The notes beneath the pieces are model-generated. The model searched no databases and was not told the DNA's origin. It worked only from the letters and a program-made list of their open reading frames with translations. A DNA stretch of 64,000 nucleotides from Protoeuglena noctilucae. Lineage: Eukaryota. The translations under genes and the position numbers were made by a program. The stretch lies in NCBI GenBank assembly GCA_958009085.1, contig OY253670.1, positions 930,001 through 994,000 of the forward strand. Direction: 5' to 3'. Of the stretch, positions 37,354 to 52,870 are shown piece after piece (position 1 is the first letter of the stretch; every line of letters begins with the position of its first letter).

Positions 37354-40033
37354 TCAAAACGGCGGGGCGGCCACCGCGTCGGCGACGTAGGTGACCATGG
37401 CCCCTTTCCCCTTGACCTGCAGCTCCTCTCTCACGAAGCTGCCGCGGACCGCCTCCGGGAGCAGGTCCAGCGTCGTCTGGGTGATGCGCACGTGGCCCGC
37501 GCGCGAGAGCGTCTCCATGCGCGACGCCGTGTTGAGCGTGTCGCCGATCAGCGTCAGCGTGTTCCTCTTGACGCCCAGCGTGGACGCGGCCACGGTGCCC
37601 GAATGCACCCCGACGCGGATCTGCAGAGTGCCGGGGGACTGCGCGGGCGACGGGCCGTCCCCGCCAGCCACTGCACCCGGAGTGGGCCTCGGGGAACCCC
37701 CCGCACCCATGCTCGACACCTCCAGCATCGCGCCGGCCCCAGCCAAGTCCTGCGCTTCCAGGCGGAGCACGTCTGCGTCTTTGGGGTTCGGCGACGGCGC
37801 CTCCTCGCCCCGCGGGGCAGGCGTCTGGACGGACGCGGCGATGTGGACCATGGCCTGGGCGGTGCGCAGGGCGTGGAGCGCGTGGTCCGGGTCAGGATGG
37901 GGGTAGCCCGTGACCACAATGTACCCGTCGCCCACCGTGCTGTACTTGAAAGCGCCCGTGTGGTCGAGGAGGGCGTCGAGCTTGGTGAAGAACTCGTGCA
38001 GCATGAGCATGACGGCGTCCGGGGGCAGCTCCGAGGACATCTGGGTGTACCTGCGAGCACAGCAACCAGGTCGCTCAGGGCCGCAGTCCTGTGGGGCCCA
38101 CTGCGCGTGCCAAGCCACCGATGCGCGCCGCCCACCCGACGATGTCACTGAAGACGACCGTCACGTCCGCCTGGACCCGCAGGTAGGGCAAGGGTGGGGG
38201 CGAGACCTGAACTGCGCCGGCCCACGGTGGCCCTGGGATGTCCTCGCTGACGGTGGTGTGCAGCCGATGCCGGATGCCCGTGGTCGCGGTCGGGGACGAC
38301 CCGGTGCGGGCCCGGGCGCCCCAGCTGCCCGACGCGAACCGCCGCGTGAGCCCGCCGATGTCGGTGGCGATGCTCGGGGACGACACGACGCCCCGCCCCT
38401 GCCCATGCTCGCGGGGGCGGCCCAGCAGCCGCGTCCGCCACTGCGCTCCGGTCAGGCTCTTGCTGGTCTGCTTCTGCAGCTCGCCCACCGTGTCGAGCTG
38501 CCCAGCGTCCGCGCTCTCGGGACCCGTGAGGCTGCCGTGGACCGCCTTGGCCATCGCCAGGCCGGGGGCGACCAGAGACCGCACGGCCTCGTTGCCTGGC
38601 AGCTGGCCGCCCTCGGTGTCGAGCCGCGAGCGCTTGGGGGCGCCGGGAGCAGGCGCGGCGAAGGCGCGCAGGACGAGCGCACCGGCGACGTCCTCTGACA
38701 CGGCTTCCTGAAACACTGCGGCCGTGCGACTCATCTGCGGGGGCAGCGCAGGGCAAGGGCCGGGGCTCAGGTGCAGGCGCGTCTGGGACGTCACGGTGGC
38801 GGCTTGCTAGGTCCCGAGACCGCAGTGGCGGGTCGCCAGTTGCAGGCGCCAGACGCACCTGGGAGGCGGCGGTGACGCGGATGAGGAGGACCGTCAGGAG
38901 CACGAGGAGGGTGCCGACGGAGTTGGGAACGTCGAAGGCGAGGAGGAGGCCGGCGACATAGACGGTGAGGGTGCCCATGACGGTGAGGGCCACGAGGGCT
39001 CGTAGCACCGCGTCAGAGACGAACGGCCGGGTGCCTCGTGCCGCCTTGCGGATGAACCACAGGGGGCGGAGGAGGACGGCTGTGAGCCCCGCGAACGCCG
39101 GGATGCAGAACACGCTGAGTACCATCTCCCCCGCGTAGAGGCCTTGGTCCGTGTCGTGGAGGACGTGGGCACTGCGTGGGCGGGTGCGAAGGCATCGAGC
39201 GAGGCAGCTGGCTGGCAGCGAGTGGTGGACGCGAGTGCGGACTCTTCGCCACGCCCAAACTCTCTTCGTCACGTTCGACACGAAACGTGGGCCTCACCTG
39301 TACCACAGCAAGGCGGACTGCATCAACAGGGACGCGACGCTTCTCGCCGCGACCGACACGGCGAACGGCAGCCAGAGTGGCTCCGAGTCATGGGCGATCC
39401 CCACGGTGGTCAGCCCGATGCCCACCGCCAATGCGATAGCACGCTGCAGAGGCCGGAACTCGAACGACCGGACCACGTCGAAGACGTCGCACTGCACGTC
39501 CTCGCGCTGGTCGGCCAGGAGGATGGCCGCCGTGGCGCATGAGCCCAGCGCGTTTGCGACCCAGACGCAAGCGCACACGTGCGGGGTCCACTGCAGCGCC
39601 CAGACGCGCGTGCGCCGGAAAGAGAGGAAACCGAGCACGGCGAACACGGGAGGTAAGCTGAGAAAGAAAACGGGAGCTCCACGCGCCCAGCACAAGGGTG
39701 CGAGGTCGCGCCTATGGTTCGGGTCGAGGCACGTGAGCGTGACGAGATCATGGAACATGCCGGCCAGGGTCATGGCGAGCAGGAACACCACGACTGCGGC
39801 CAGGGAAGGGACTGCTTCTTCGCAAGGCTTAGCGACTGCGGCCAGGGAAGGGGCTGGTTCTTTGCAAGGCTTAGCATCAGCCCCCCAGACGGCCCGGACC
39901 GTCGTCGTACTCACTTACGGCCGCCACAACAGGACGGTGCATCCGCTGTGGGAAGGGCTGGAGTAGCGCGCGCCATCCGAGAGCTACGGGAGGGTTCCCG
40001 CGGCTTCCGCGATCCCCCGATGAGGTCGTCCAT
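37354..40033 (-). CDS. Second membrane-bound class III nucleotide cyclase
   Basis: Multi-TM N-terminus (38860-39790), then VVFSDIVG|YTQMS, FKYSTVGDGY, IRVGVHSG, GDTLNTASRMET and VKGKGAMVTY. Confidence 0.88.
39791..39874. repeat. 42-bp tandem duplication (39/42 identical) covering a branch-point-like motif and 3' splice site
   Basis: CGACTGCGGCCAGGGAAGGG...CAAGGCTTAG occurs at 39791-39832 and 39833-39874. Confidence 0.9.
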
Positions 40034-40470
40034 GTGAGTCCGCCTGCGGGGCGTGGTAAGATGTTGCAAGCCGTCGGAAGCATGTTTTGAAGCTGTTCTT
40101 TGCTTGTTCTTACCGCTCGCACCCGACGTGGACGCGCCTTTGAGTTGTTTTGGCGCTGAGTGATACAACGGGGAGATTTTGGCCGACGGCATGGAGTGGA
40201 TGCCACGCGCGCCGCGGTCGCTGTCGGTGACGGCCGGGGCGCGCATGTCGTGCTTCGGCGCCTTCGCGCCTCAGCGTGGGAAGGATCTAGTTCACCCCCA
40301 GCCGGGGAGGGCAGTTCGACATTCAGCCCTCATCGGACTCAAGCCCAACGTCTTATGACTTTGCTTCAAGGAGATGACGCGGCAGCTTCTCTTCGGGGGC
40401 TCTTACTACTACGATTTTCATGCTGCATGCAGGGTAGGTCTCTGGCGCTGGTGCCTCTCGCCGGTGACGT

Positions 40471-42837
40471 TCACTGCTCCTTCTTGTCGGCAGGCTGCTT
40501 GGGCGACCAGCCCATGACGCGCGACAGGGCCTCCGCGAACGCCCTGCGTCGGTTTTCCACGATCTTGGGGTTGGGGCGGTAGTACTTCAGATATCCGTCC
40601 CAAGGCACGATCTTGAGCCCCGCTCTGCGGGGGGAATCGGGCGGCCGTGAAACGCACGCGCTGGCTGGGGTCAGGCGGTCGTGGTTGCCCCCGGCAGCTC
40701 ACTTTTGCGCAATCATGGCCTGCACACGCTGGGCGAAGGCGATCGTGGACTCTCCCGGCTGCTGATTTTGTGGCTCGAGGAAGTAGATGTCGGCGACCAC
40801 CATCCACGACGTCATCAGCCTGCAAGGGGCCGGTTTCGGGTTTTCGACACACATTGCCCGAGCACCTCGCACCCTTCCATGTGCGCTGCAGGCATGCACC
40901 CCTCAGTGCGCCGCACCGGAACAGATGGTTGCTGAAGGACTGTCGTCGGGAGTTCCAGAACGCATCCACGAAGACCTTGTTGTACTTGATGGCAATTGGG
41001 CACACGGTGGCCCCCAGGTCGAACGCGCCTCGCTTGAACATGACCGTGTACTCGTTGTTGACACAGGTGCCCTCCGGGAAGACCAGCTGGGGAGGAAGCG
41101 CGGGGCACAGGTTTCCACCAGCCGCACAAGCAGCGATGCATCCGGACGGCTGCACAGGACAGCTGCCTGGTAGAAGCGTCACCAGGGGCGGCTTGGAGGC
41201 ATCCTCGACGTGCTCCTTCATGCGCTTCATGACCAGCTCCCGGTCTGCCGCCTGCGAGCCGCGAGGGCAGGCCAATCAGTGGCAGGGGCCCACAGTGACA
41301 GGTCACAAAAACGTGCTCCAGCACATCCCGCGCGCACGCACCTCGGTCCTGTTGAAGTAAATGCAACCGAGGGACCTGAGGACGCGCTTTTGGATGAAAC
41401 CGACCCAGCCGGGGTGTATCTGCATGATCTGCGGAACATCCATCAGTGGAGTTGGTTGTCGCAGCACAACACGTCTCCAAACGTCACTCGGCTCGTCCCC
41501 GCTGCGATAGCTCACCACCGCGAAAGGCGTGTACGCGCACAGGAGCGCGTAGTCGATCATGGAGGTGTGGTTGGCCACCCACACGGCGTTGGCCTTGCGT
41601 GTCGGACGGGGGCCGTGGTACCGGATCGCCGCGCTCCACGAGACGAGGAAGGCGCTCGAGATGAACTGCGCACAGGGAGGCACTCGGCATGCTTCAGAAA
41701 GCGGTCGCGGCTTAGATGACGGCGGCCGACACTGTCGCATGCGTCGGCATCCGTGCCTGGACGAGCTTCCGCTGAGTCAGGTCCTTGCGGCGCCCTGGCG
41801 GCATGAGTAACTCCAGGCCGAAGAAGACGGGCAGGAAGAGGATCCAGCTGACGAGGAGGGCTATGAGACGCAGGGGGAAGAGGATGAGGTACCTGCGAGG
41901 GTGGGGCAGGTATGGGTGGGCGAGAGGAGACTCCATGACAAGGGGGTGGCGTGTCTTGCAAAGGCGTCGGCTCACCTGATGAGCACCCCAATGGCCCACA
42001 TCGGCGCCAGGTACCAGTTCCAGTTCATGGGCTCCGGGTGGTTGTGCTCGAAGCACCGCCAGAAGGAGTCGTCCACCACGGCCTCGGCAGCGTCGCTGAG
42101 GACACCTGCACGGCACGTCGCGGGCGGTCAAGAAGGTGCATGGCTCGGGGCCAATGCTCCCATGCCCTGACCTTCCCGTAGCTGCTAGCTGCAGCTACTG
42201 CAGGGACCCATCGCTTTGTGCGCGACGGTGCGCGCGACGAGGCAGCGGCGGCGGCAGACAGAGACGCACAGGGCTCCATCGCGGCTTCGGCGCTGTCACC
42301 GGGCACCTGATATGTCGAGGACGAGGCTGGCGACGTCTGTGTGCAGCGCCAACCGCTCCCTCTCGCGCATGTAGTACACCTGGTCGACCGACTGCTGCAC
42401 GGCAGCGTGCTCCGGACCGTCCGCATGCTTCGTATCCCAAGGAAGGACGAGGCCGCCAGGAATCCCCGCCTGCGTGCGCATCGCATGGGCGCATCCACGA
42501 AACGTCCTGTTCGCACACGGCGCGCCGCCACCTCCAAGGCCTCGCGCACCTTCGCCTTGCGCTGGACAGCGTCATCGCTGATGCTGGCCTTGCGTATGAC
42601 GTCTGTGAGCTCCTCATTCGCGGCCCCCACGCCCTCCCTCAGCCCTGCTCTCGGCGACGGTGCGATCTCCGCGAATCAGCCACAGCGTGATCGCATCCAT
42701 GATAATCTCACATTGCTGAGGGCCTGCGGCGGCAAAAGCTCACCTGGTAGCCTCGTGGAGCGCGTCGATGTGAGCCCCGTGGGGGACCGGGCCGATGCCG
42801 TCGGCGACCTGCCCTCCGTAACCTCCGCTCCCTCCAT
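40471..42837 (-). CDS. GPAT9: ER glycerol-3-phosphate acyltransferase GPAT9
   Basis: VVDDSFWRCF, WNWNWYL, VWVANHTSMIDY, FNRTE, FPEGTCVNN, FKRGAF, PIAIKYNKVFVDAFWNS and VPWDGYLKY. Confidence 0.93.
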
Positions 42838-43071
42838 CGCCGACAGCGAACGCGGCCAACTCAACGCAGCCGCTGCTTCTTGTGCAGAACAAAACCAACG
42901 CTCTTCCCGATCTGCCCCTCAACCCCTTCGCCCAATATCACCCACGCTGCTCGTCTCGTGTTCAAGTGAATGGGGCGGTGGGTTGCATGTGCTAGAGAGC
43001 AATGCTCCAGCAGTGCGCTGGCACCGCTGGCACGCAAGTGTGCAAAAGGGGTCGAGGGGGTCGGGCGAACA

Positions 43072-44088
43072 TCATGACCCGTCGTTTGCTGGGGCCTTCG
43101 CATCGGCCCCATCACCCTTGAAGTCTGGTGCAGCTTCCGCCTTCTTCTTCTTCTTCGCAGGCCGAGCAGCTGGGGCGGCTGGGGCAGCTCCGTCGCCCGC
43201 AAACGCCGTGTCTAGGTCCTTCGTCTTGGTGCTGGCAATTTTCTGAATTAAGAACCGACGCCATTCCAGTATGTGCGACGGCACGTGCGTGGCGGTCGCT
43301 GATAGAAGCGGAGAATCACCAAACTCGCCGGCGCAGCCACGGGTTGGCTGCGACGCCGACTCACCTTGCCCTCGTCGATCTTGGCGCTCTCCTCCAGCAA
43401 ATTCACCGCCTTCGTGTACTTCTCCTTATCCTTTCTGCGCACGTGGGTCGAGGCGAGGAATCGTTCGCAACAACCAGGGAGCGCTGGGAGCACGTTGCTC
43501 GGCATCGTCTGGCTGCACGGGCCGCACCGGAGGCAGAACAGCAGGTCTTGCGGCATCACGGTGTTACCCGGACCCGCGCTCTCCATCGCGTTTTGGCAAA
43601 GGTCGACCAGGTAGTCGACGCAGAGCTCCTCGAGCAGCTCGGCCGTCTCGCGCTGCACGAACGCGGGGCGAGCGAGGGACGTGGGCTCGGTCGTTGATGC
43701 TACGGCACTCAAAGCGCCGGAAATTGGCGTGGCGTGCCTCGTATGCGGCAGAATCTAACCCGCGCCTCTCACCAGGGGCTGCGGGTCATCGCCGAAGCCG
43801 TGCATCAACGTGATGAGGTTTTCGAGCCTGTTTCCCCGTTGCGTGTGAAGAAAACCCTGCATAGAACAACGAATGTTCAGCGGCCATGCCACAACAGGCA
43901 CGGGGAGCGCAATAGAGGGGCTGGGACATCGCCACTGCCAAAGCTCTCTCTTCATCGGCTCTGCGTCGCTGAAAGGAAATTGCCCAGCCTCAGGTCACCC
44001 TCTTTCTCCCATTCGACAGCCTGCCGTCGGTGTCGGCCGCGGAGTCGTCCCCGGGGCGTCCGCGGGGAACGCGCGGCTTCTCGCTCAT
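43072..44088 (-). CDS. TAF13: TFIID subunit TAF13 (histone fold)
   Basis: LMHGFGDDPQPL|RETAELLEELCVDYL...DLLFCLR|KDKEKY. The 5' exons are uncertain. Confidence 0.8.
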
Positions 44089-44371
44089 CCCATGCCCCCG
44101 CCTGAGGCGTTCCCCGGCCACCGCCGGCGCCCACGGATCGACTCAAGGCAATGGGTGCTCGTGTGAGGGTACTTGGCGTGTGATAACGGCAAAGCACAGA
44201 GGCTAGGGTCTCCTTCAAAGGCAAAAACGCATCAACCAACACCTCTTGTCCCGGCGCCTCCTCTTCTGTGCCCGTGGCGTGCCGCCGGCGGCAATTGCGG
44301 CAGCTGGCTCGTGTCAGGCTCACTGGCAGCATTGCCTTGCATCAGAAACACCAGACGTCAGACACCAGACG

Positions 44372-46027
44372 TCAGAGGCCCATCTCGTCCAGCGTCGCCC
44401 TGAGCCACGCCGCCGTCTCGTCCGTCAGTTGCGCGCCGATGGCCTGGACGCACGCGGCGCCTGTGGCGCACCCAATCCTCGCGCAGTCGAGGAGCGGCCG
44501 GCCCCGCAGGAGCCCACAGAGGGCGCCCGCGGCGAAGTGGTCCCCTGCGCCCGTCGTGTCCACCACGGCGCGCACAGGGACGGCCGGGACATGGTGGAGC
44601 TCCAGCACCCGCGGATTCCCGCCGTCCAGCTCTGCCCTGGCCGCCGTGCACCCCTCCGCTCCCCTCGTGACCACCACAATGCCGGACAGACAGGACAGGA
44701 GGCAAGCTGCCCTGGTCGCACTGTCCTGGGCGCCGCCATCGAGAGCCGTCCCATGAACCACGGGCGACGAGTCCAGCTGCGCCTCCGGCTTGACTGCCTC
44801 TGTTGGTGAGCGTGCATGCAGGCCCGGCTGCGTGTGCAGGCGGGCAGGTGCCGTCGCCACTCATGTCACCATGCTCGCTCCTAGCCACCGCTGCCTCTGC
44901 ACCAGTGCACACTCGCCTGGTGCTGCGCCGCCTGCGCGACGGCAGTGGAGCCCGCAAACCCGTCCAGGAAGGCCTGAGCCTCGTCCTCGTTGCAAAACAC
45001 TGCGGAGGGCGCACAGCCGTGCATCTAACAGAGCGACGCCTCGACGAGGCCCGGCTCAGGTGCCAATGGACTGCTCGCTGGCTCACCGCAGTCCACATAT
45101 CGCGCCGCCAGGAGACGTGAGATCTCGGCGTGGTGGGCCCTTACCACTTCGAACGACCCCAAATCGAACGCCACCCTCTTCCCCGCACGCCGGGCAGCGG
45201 AGAAGATGGCCTCCAGCAAACCGGGTATATACAGGCAGTATCCAGCACAAAACACCCACTCGACGTCAGACAGGTCCACTGCGGCCACCTGGGCCGGAGT
45301 GAGGCGCTCGCACCCATCAAAGCACGTGCGCATGGTGCGGTTCCGCCCGTAGTTGAGGACCAGGCTGCGACGGAGCATTTGACCATGTCGTGAGGAACAG
45401 AGAGCTGCGAGAGTTGCCTGACAGGAGCTGCCTGGGCACGAGGCAAACGCACCATTGGCCCGTCGGGGTGCCGTTACAGACGTGGAGGCCGCTCGTGTCG
45501 ATGCCCATGGCCTTGATGGAAGTCGAGAACAGCTCTCCGCCAGCGTCAGACCCACAACAGCCGATGATGCACCCGTGAACCCCGTGGCCCCGGGCGAGGC
45601 CGCGCAGCACGTTCGCTGCACTGCGATTATCGAGCAAGATTTTGCATACGCATGGCGAATTCCATTTGGCAAACAAACATCGCATCCCAACACGTGCGAG
45701 GCACGGCCCGGCGCCACACCTGCCGCCCGGCGTCTTGAACACGGTCGCTGTCGTCGCCTGCGAGGAAGCCTGGGGCGTACTTCGGCGCAGTCGACTCCAC
45801 AGGGACGTTGTGTTCCAACCATAGTTTCAGTTGCACCATCGGCGGGCTCTCATCACCTGAATGGACGACAGCAGCCGCTCCATTTCCTCGCGGGGGATTC
45901 GGTGGCTCCCTCCCAGCTCCAGGTCCTCGGATGACAACACGGAAAGCACTCCGCTGGCATCCGTCGCCTCGACAATCGTGTCGAGGAGACACATGGGCTG
46001 TATCGCAGCCACGCCGTGCGCCCCCAT
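44372..46027 (-). CDS. pfkB/ribokinase-family kinase, probably nucleoside-kinase-like
   Basis: SAANVLRGL, GTPTG, NRTMRT, FDLGSFEVV and the pfkB signature VVDTTGAGDHFAAG. Confidence 0.88.
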
Positions 46028-46227
46028 TGGTTTGAGTCGTGCGCCCGGCGTTGGCCGCCAACCCTCGCAAAAGCGCTTTGCCAGGGGAGTTCAGGGGACG
46101 ACAAAGTGTCTTGGTCATGTCTTGACGGCGGCGGGTGTGCGTGTCGATGCCAGCAGCAGGTTTTCTTGCACTGTACGAGCAAACACTTCACCTTCAAAGC
46201 AACTAGGCCCCGATATTTCTGGAGCTG

Positions 46228-48279
46228 TCACTCGTCCGAGGGGGCCGCGCCAATGGCGGAACGGGGGAACGCCTTGGCCGAGTCCCACAGCTCCGGGTTG
46301 ATGTCCGCGCAAGCCTCCAGGTCGAGCAACCACCGCAGCTTGCCGTTCGACGGCCGCACCAGCTGCACAGGGAGCGCTCCGGGCAGCGCCTGCACTTCGA
46401 GCGCCCGCTGCACGACCTGCGAGGCAAGGCGACAGCGACGCGCGCGTCATGTGTGGTTGAGCAAACCCTCGTCCCTGGCCTGCCCTGCCCCACGGGGCTC
46501 TCCCCTGCGCTTCGCACCTCGGCCTTCCCCTTGCCGCACGCCACGATAAGGACGTCCCGGGCGCTGTTGATCACGGGCATGGTCATCGTGATGCGCTCCG
46601 ACGGCGGCTTGGGCGAATCCGACACAGGGAGCACCCACCCCTGCGGGAGCGCGTGGATGCATCGAAAGTTGGCCAGCCGCGGAGACCAGGACCGGACAAG
46701 CGCCGCGAGGGCGGCAGGCTAGTACACGATTGCGATTCCAACGCACGGCCTCGCCCCGCACCTTCTTGGCCGCGGTGGCGGCCTTGTTCGGGAACAGGGA
46801 CGCGACGTGGCCGTCCGGGCCCACGCCGAGGAGCATCATGTCGAGAACGGGAAAGCCCTCGGGGCTGCGCGCCAGCACCGTCTTGGGCGGATTCATCATT
46901 AACCCCTCGTACGCCCTCGCCGCCTCCTCGACCGTCGCGTCCTCCAGGATGGCGTAAATCTGGGCAGCTGCGAGACCCGAGCGACGCGCACGTGGCATAT
47001 TCTGATACGCGGCGCTCAGACCTAAAGCGAAGGTGTTGCAAGTAACCTGACCTCGCGCACGTGCACGTCGCCCTCACCAGGAATGCCCGCGCGGTCAAGG
47101 AACGCCTTCTTGGCAGCGCCGTGGTTCGAGTCGGGCGAGCTGTGCGGCGCCAGGCGCTCGTCGACGTAAAACACGTGCCACTTGCTGAAGTCGGGCCGGT
47201 TTTCCAGCTGGAACATGAAGGGGAGCATGTCCACGAGGGAGCCGCCTGCAAAGGAAGCCGAGGGCATTGCCTATTCGACGTCGCCTCTCCTGGCCTGCTA
47301 ACAGCACGAGCGTGCACCTCCCATGCTGGGGACCCAGTGTTGCGGGCTGGCGCTAGGTGGGTGGTGGTCGGCGGGCTTACCTGACAGCGCCACGGTGAAG
47401 CAGCCCCGCTCCTGGATGGCCCGCGCAGAAGCCTCCGCGACCACCTTGGCCAGCCCCGTGCCGCACGACTGCTTGTTCGGGTACAGCAGCACCTGGGCGT
47501 CGCCCTCCGCCGTCGGGTAGTTGAACATGTGAGGCTTCGCCTCCCCCGCGCCTGCAAGGGACGCGAATGGAAAGGCACGATCGTTGCCGCGTGCTACTTC
47601 CCCCTTGGCGGGGTGGGTAGCTCCCAGCCCGTGGCTTCGCGAAACGTCAATCTTTTGCTCGCACCTGCGCTCGTAGAGATCGGCGCCACCACGCCCGACG
47701 CCATTAAGTGAGAACCCATGACGGGGGGCACGCCCTTCTCCCACTGGGAGATGTTGATGATGTTGAAGCGCGGGTTCGCCGCAGCCTCCGGGGTGAGGCG
47801 CGAGGTGGGCCACTGCAGGCGTCCGGCGGCTCGCGCTTACAGCAAAGCAAACGCAAGCGCGGCTGGCGGGACTCCGTCGCCTCCGCGCGATGCGCTAGGC
47901 GGCCACGCACCTTGTCGGGAAGGTCTGCGGGCTTGCCCTCGCTCCCCTTGGCCACGGCGCTAGGGAGACGGCTCCCCCGGCGGTTGCCAGTAGCCGAGGC
48001 TGCCACGCGCAGCTGTGGCGAGCAGACCTGCGGGGAGATGAGCCCATGCACATGGCCCACCCAACGCAAGCCACCACGAAGTCTCCCAGGGCACCGGGGC
48101 CAGGTACCGCTCATCGGCCACGCTGGCCTCGCTGTCAGACGCACATGGAATCGGACAGGACACATCATCCGGCTCAGGGAGGGCACGGTCGAGCATGCGG
48201 GAGTCGTTGGGGTCAGGCGGCCATCCAGCCCCACGGCGGGGGCATCGGTCGCGAGCATGGCTTTGATGACATCCAACAA
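46228..48279 (-). CDS. PGL: Plastid 6-phosphogluconolactonase
   Basis: FTVALS|GGSL, WHVFYVDER, DSNH, LLGVGPDGHVASLFP, DSPKPPSERITMT and WLLD. N-terminal extension present; start approximate. Confidence 0.92.
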
Positions 48280-48679
48280 GCAGACGTCACAGCATCGGCT
48301 AATGCATTGGACCCCGGCAGCGAGCAGAAACGAGTCGTTCCGCGAGCACGGTGGGTGGCGATGGATGCAAGCGCGGCTGCCCCACGTATTCGACGAACTT
48401 TATACACATAAGTCGCAGCCTCCAAGAACACACGCCCCAACTGCCTCTTCTCACCGAGAGCATTTCTTTCTCCGCGCGGGGCGCAGGTGCCGCCCTGTGA
48501 CTTGCTGTCCACGTCGTTCTTGTCGCGATGGCGGAGGTGCGGGCTTCATAGACACAGGCGACGTGGAACGTCACGCCAGAAGCAACCCGAGCGCGAGTGC
48601 ATGCGATGCGGCCCCTATCCGCTGAGCAGAGACGGCAACGCCCAACGAGTGAAGTGCGGAGGTGATGCCCCGCGAAGAA

Positions 48680-49858
48680 TCATGCTGTCTTCAGGAGCTT
48701 GCGGGCCTTCTTGCTCTTCATCATGCGCCGGGCCGTCTTGGTGCTCACCACCTGCGTCACCTCCGCCGCCTTCCTGCGGGCCTCCTTCTCGGCCTTGACG
48801 CGCTGGCGTCGCTCTCGCTCCGCCCTGCATAGCAGGAAAGTGCAGGGAGATTGGCTGGGCCGTGACGAGGTCGCCGGGCGGTCGAGCTGGCGTGGGTAGC
48901 ACTACATGACATGAGTTGGTGGGATGCAACACAGGCCACCTGCGATGCGGTCAGGCACATGCAAGGATGCATACACGTGCTCACTTGAGGATCTCAGCCC
49001 TGCGTGCCTTTGCTGCCGCCCGCTGCTCCCTCGCCACTTTCCGGAACTCCCTCTCCTTACGCACTTCCTGCTTACACAGAGGGCCCCAAAACGTCTTGAT
49101 GCAACCACAGATGCCTGCATACAGTACAAGCCCACAACCACACTACCGACACGCTCCCGTTGCTCCACCGATGCAGCGGCCTCATTCATAGTGCACCATG
49201 GGGCGCCGGAACGCACCTCTAAGGACGGCTTCTTCAGGTCCGCTCGCTTCATGGCGCGAGCCGGCTGCTTGACCTCCTTCCAGTTCTTCCCCGACACCTT
49301 CCCCACGCCGACTGCGTTGCGACGCTCTCCTCGCAACAGCATCGGGTCCACGTCCACCTCCTTGCCCTGCAAAACGACACATGAGGCGGGCCGCGTCAGT
49401 GCACCTACGTAAATGTCTCGGCCCTCGGCGTGTATCGCGTGGCCCCCCCTGGCCTGCACACCTTGCCCTCGGCATCCTCCCACGTCTGTGGCAAAAGGCC
49501 CTTCTTCACGCGCTCGTTCTGCTTCTCCACGGTGAACCCCTTGGGTCCCAAATGGTCCGGCATCGCCTCGGAGCGGAAGTCCACGAGCTGCGATGGGTAC
49601 CGCTGCTTGGGGACCCAAACCTGCGCCCGGAAAAGTATTATGCGCTCATATGCACAGCCTGAAGCAACTTCGAGTCCAACTCGTCCCACACATTGGCACC
49701 GTCGACCGAAAGTGACAATGGGCCGGCGGCGCGACGCCCAAGCAGGACACGAGGTCCCCTGCCCCCTGCGCGGCGGCAGGCTACGCCGCCTTGCGCCCGA
49801 CGCCAACCAAGCGCACCTTGTATTGCTTGCCCTGATCGATGGGCTCGTCCACGTCCAT
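48680..49858 (-). CDS. CCDC86/Cgr1-like nucleolar coiled-coil protein
   Basis: GKVSGKNWKE motif, a K/R/E-rich coiled coil and a C-terminal ...VTQVVSTKTARRMMKSKKARKLLKTA*. Confidence 0.7.
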
Positions 49859-50419
49859 GGTCGTCGAACCGCGGGCCTACCAGCGCTGACGGCGGCCCTG
49901 CCCTAGCCGGCCTGCCCTACGGCCACCCTCGGGCCCGCAAAACCCCCCCGTCTGACTTTGCCGCACGCTCTATTCCAAGAACAAACGATGCGGCAGAAGA
50001 GGGCAGGGCGCACCGCAGCGGGGGGGCAGGGACGTGCGTTGCAGCAGTGCCAACCTATCTCCGTAGCGTTGCAACAGAGGTCGCTCTGCACGTCGCGTCA
50101 GGAAAGCCGCAAGAGTTGCGTGCGTTAAGCTGCGCCTCAGGCTCTCGTCGTTTTCACTTGAAAGCCCCACGTGCAACCCTAGGCCTGACTGGGCCCAGTG
50201 GGCTGGCTCTATTCTATCGTGAGACACGAAAGTCTGGCTATTCACATGATGCAGTAAACCTACGGCGCCAAACCCGGCGCGCTAGGGAGCACGAGACGGC
50301 GCACGCGCTCGCACATGAGGGACGCCTTTTGCAGGCGTCCTGCAACATCCCTTGCTAGCAAGTCGACAAAACTTGCGAGCTGCATGCCCGGTGTCCCAGG
50401 CACGGCCACCGGGCCATCG

Positions 50420-52870
<2,451 letters not shown>

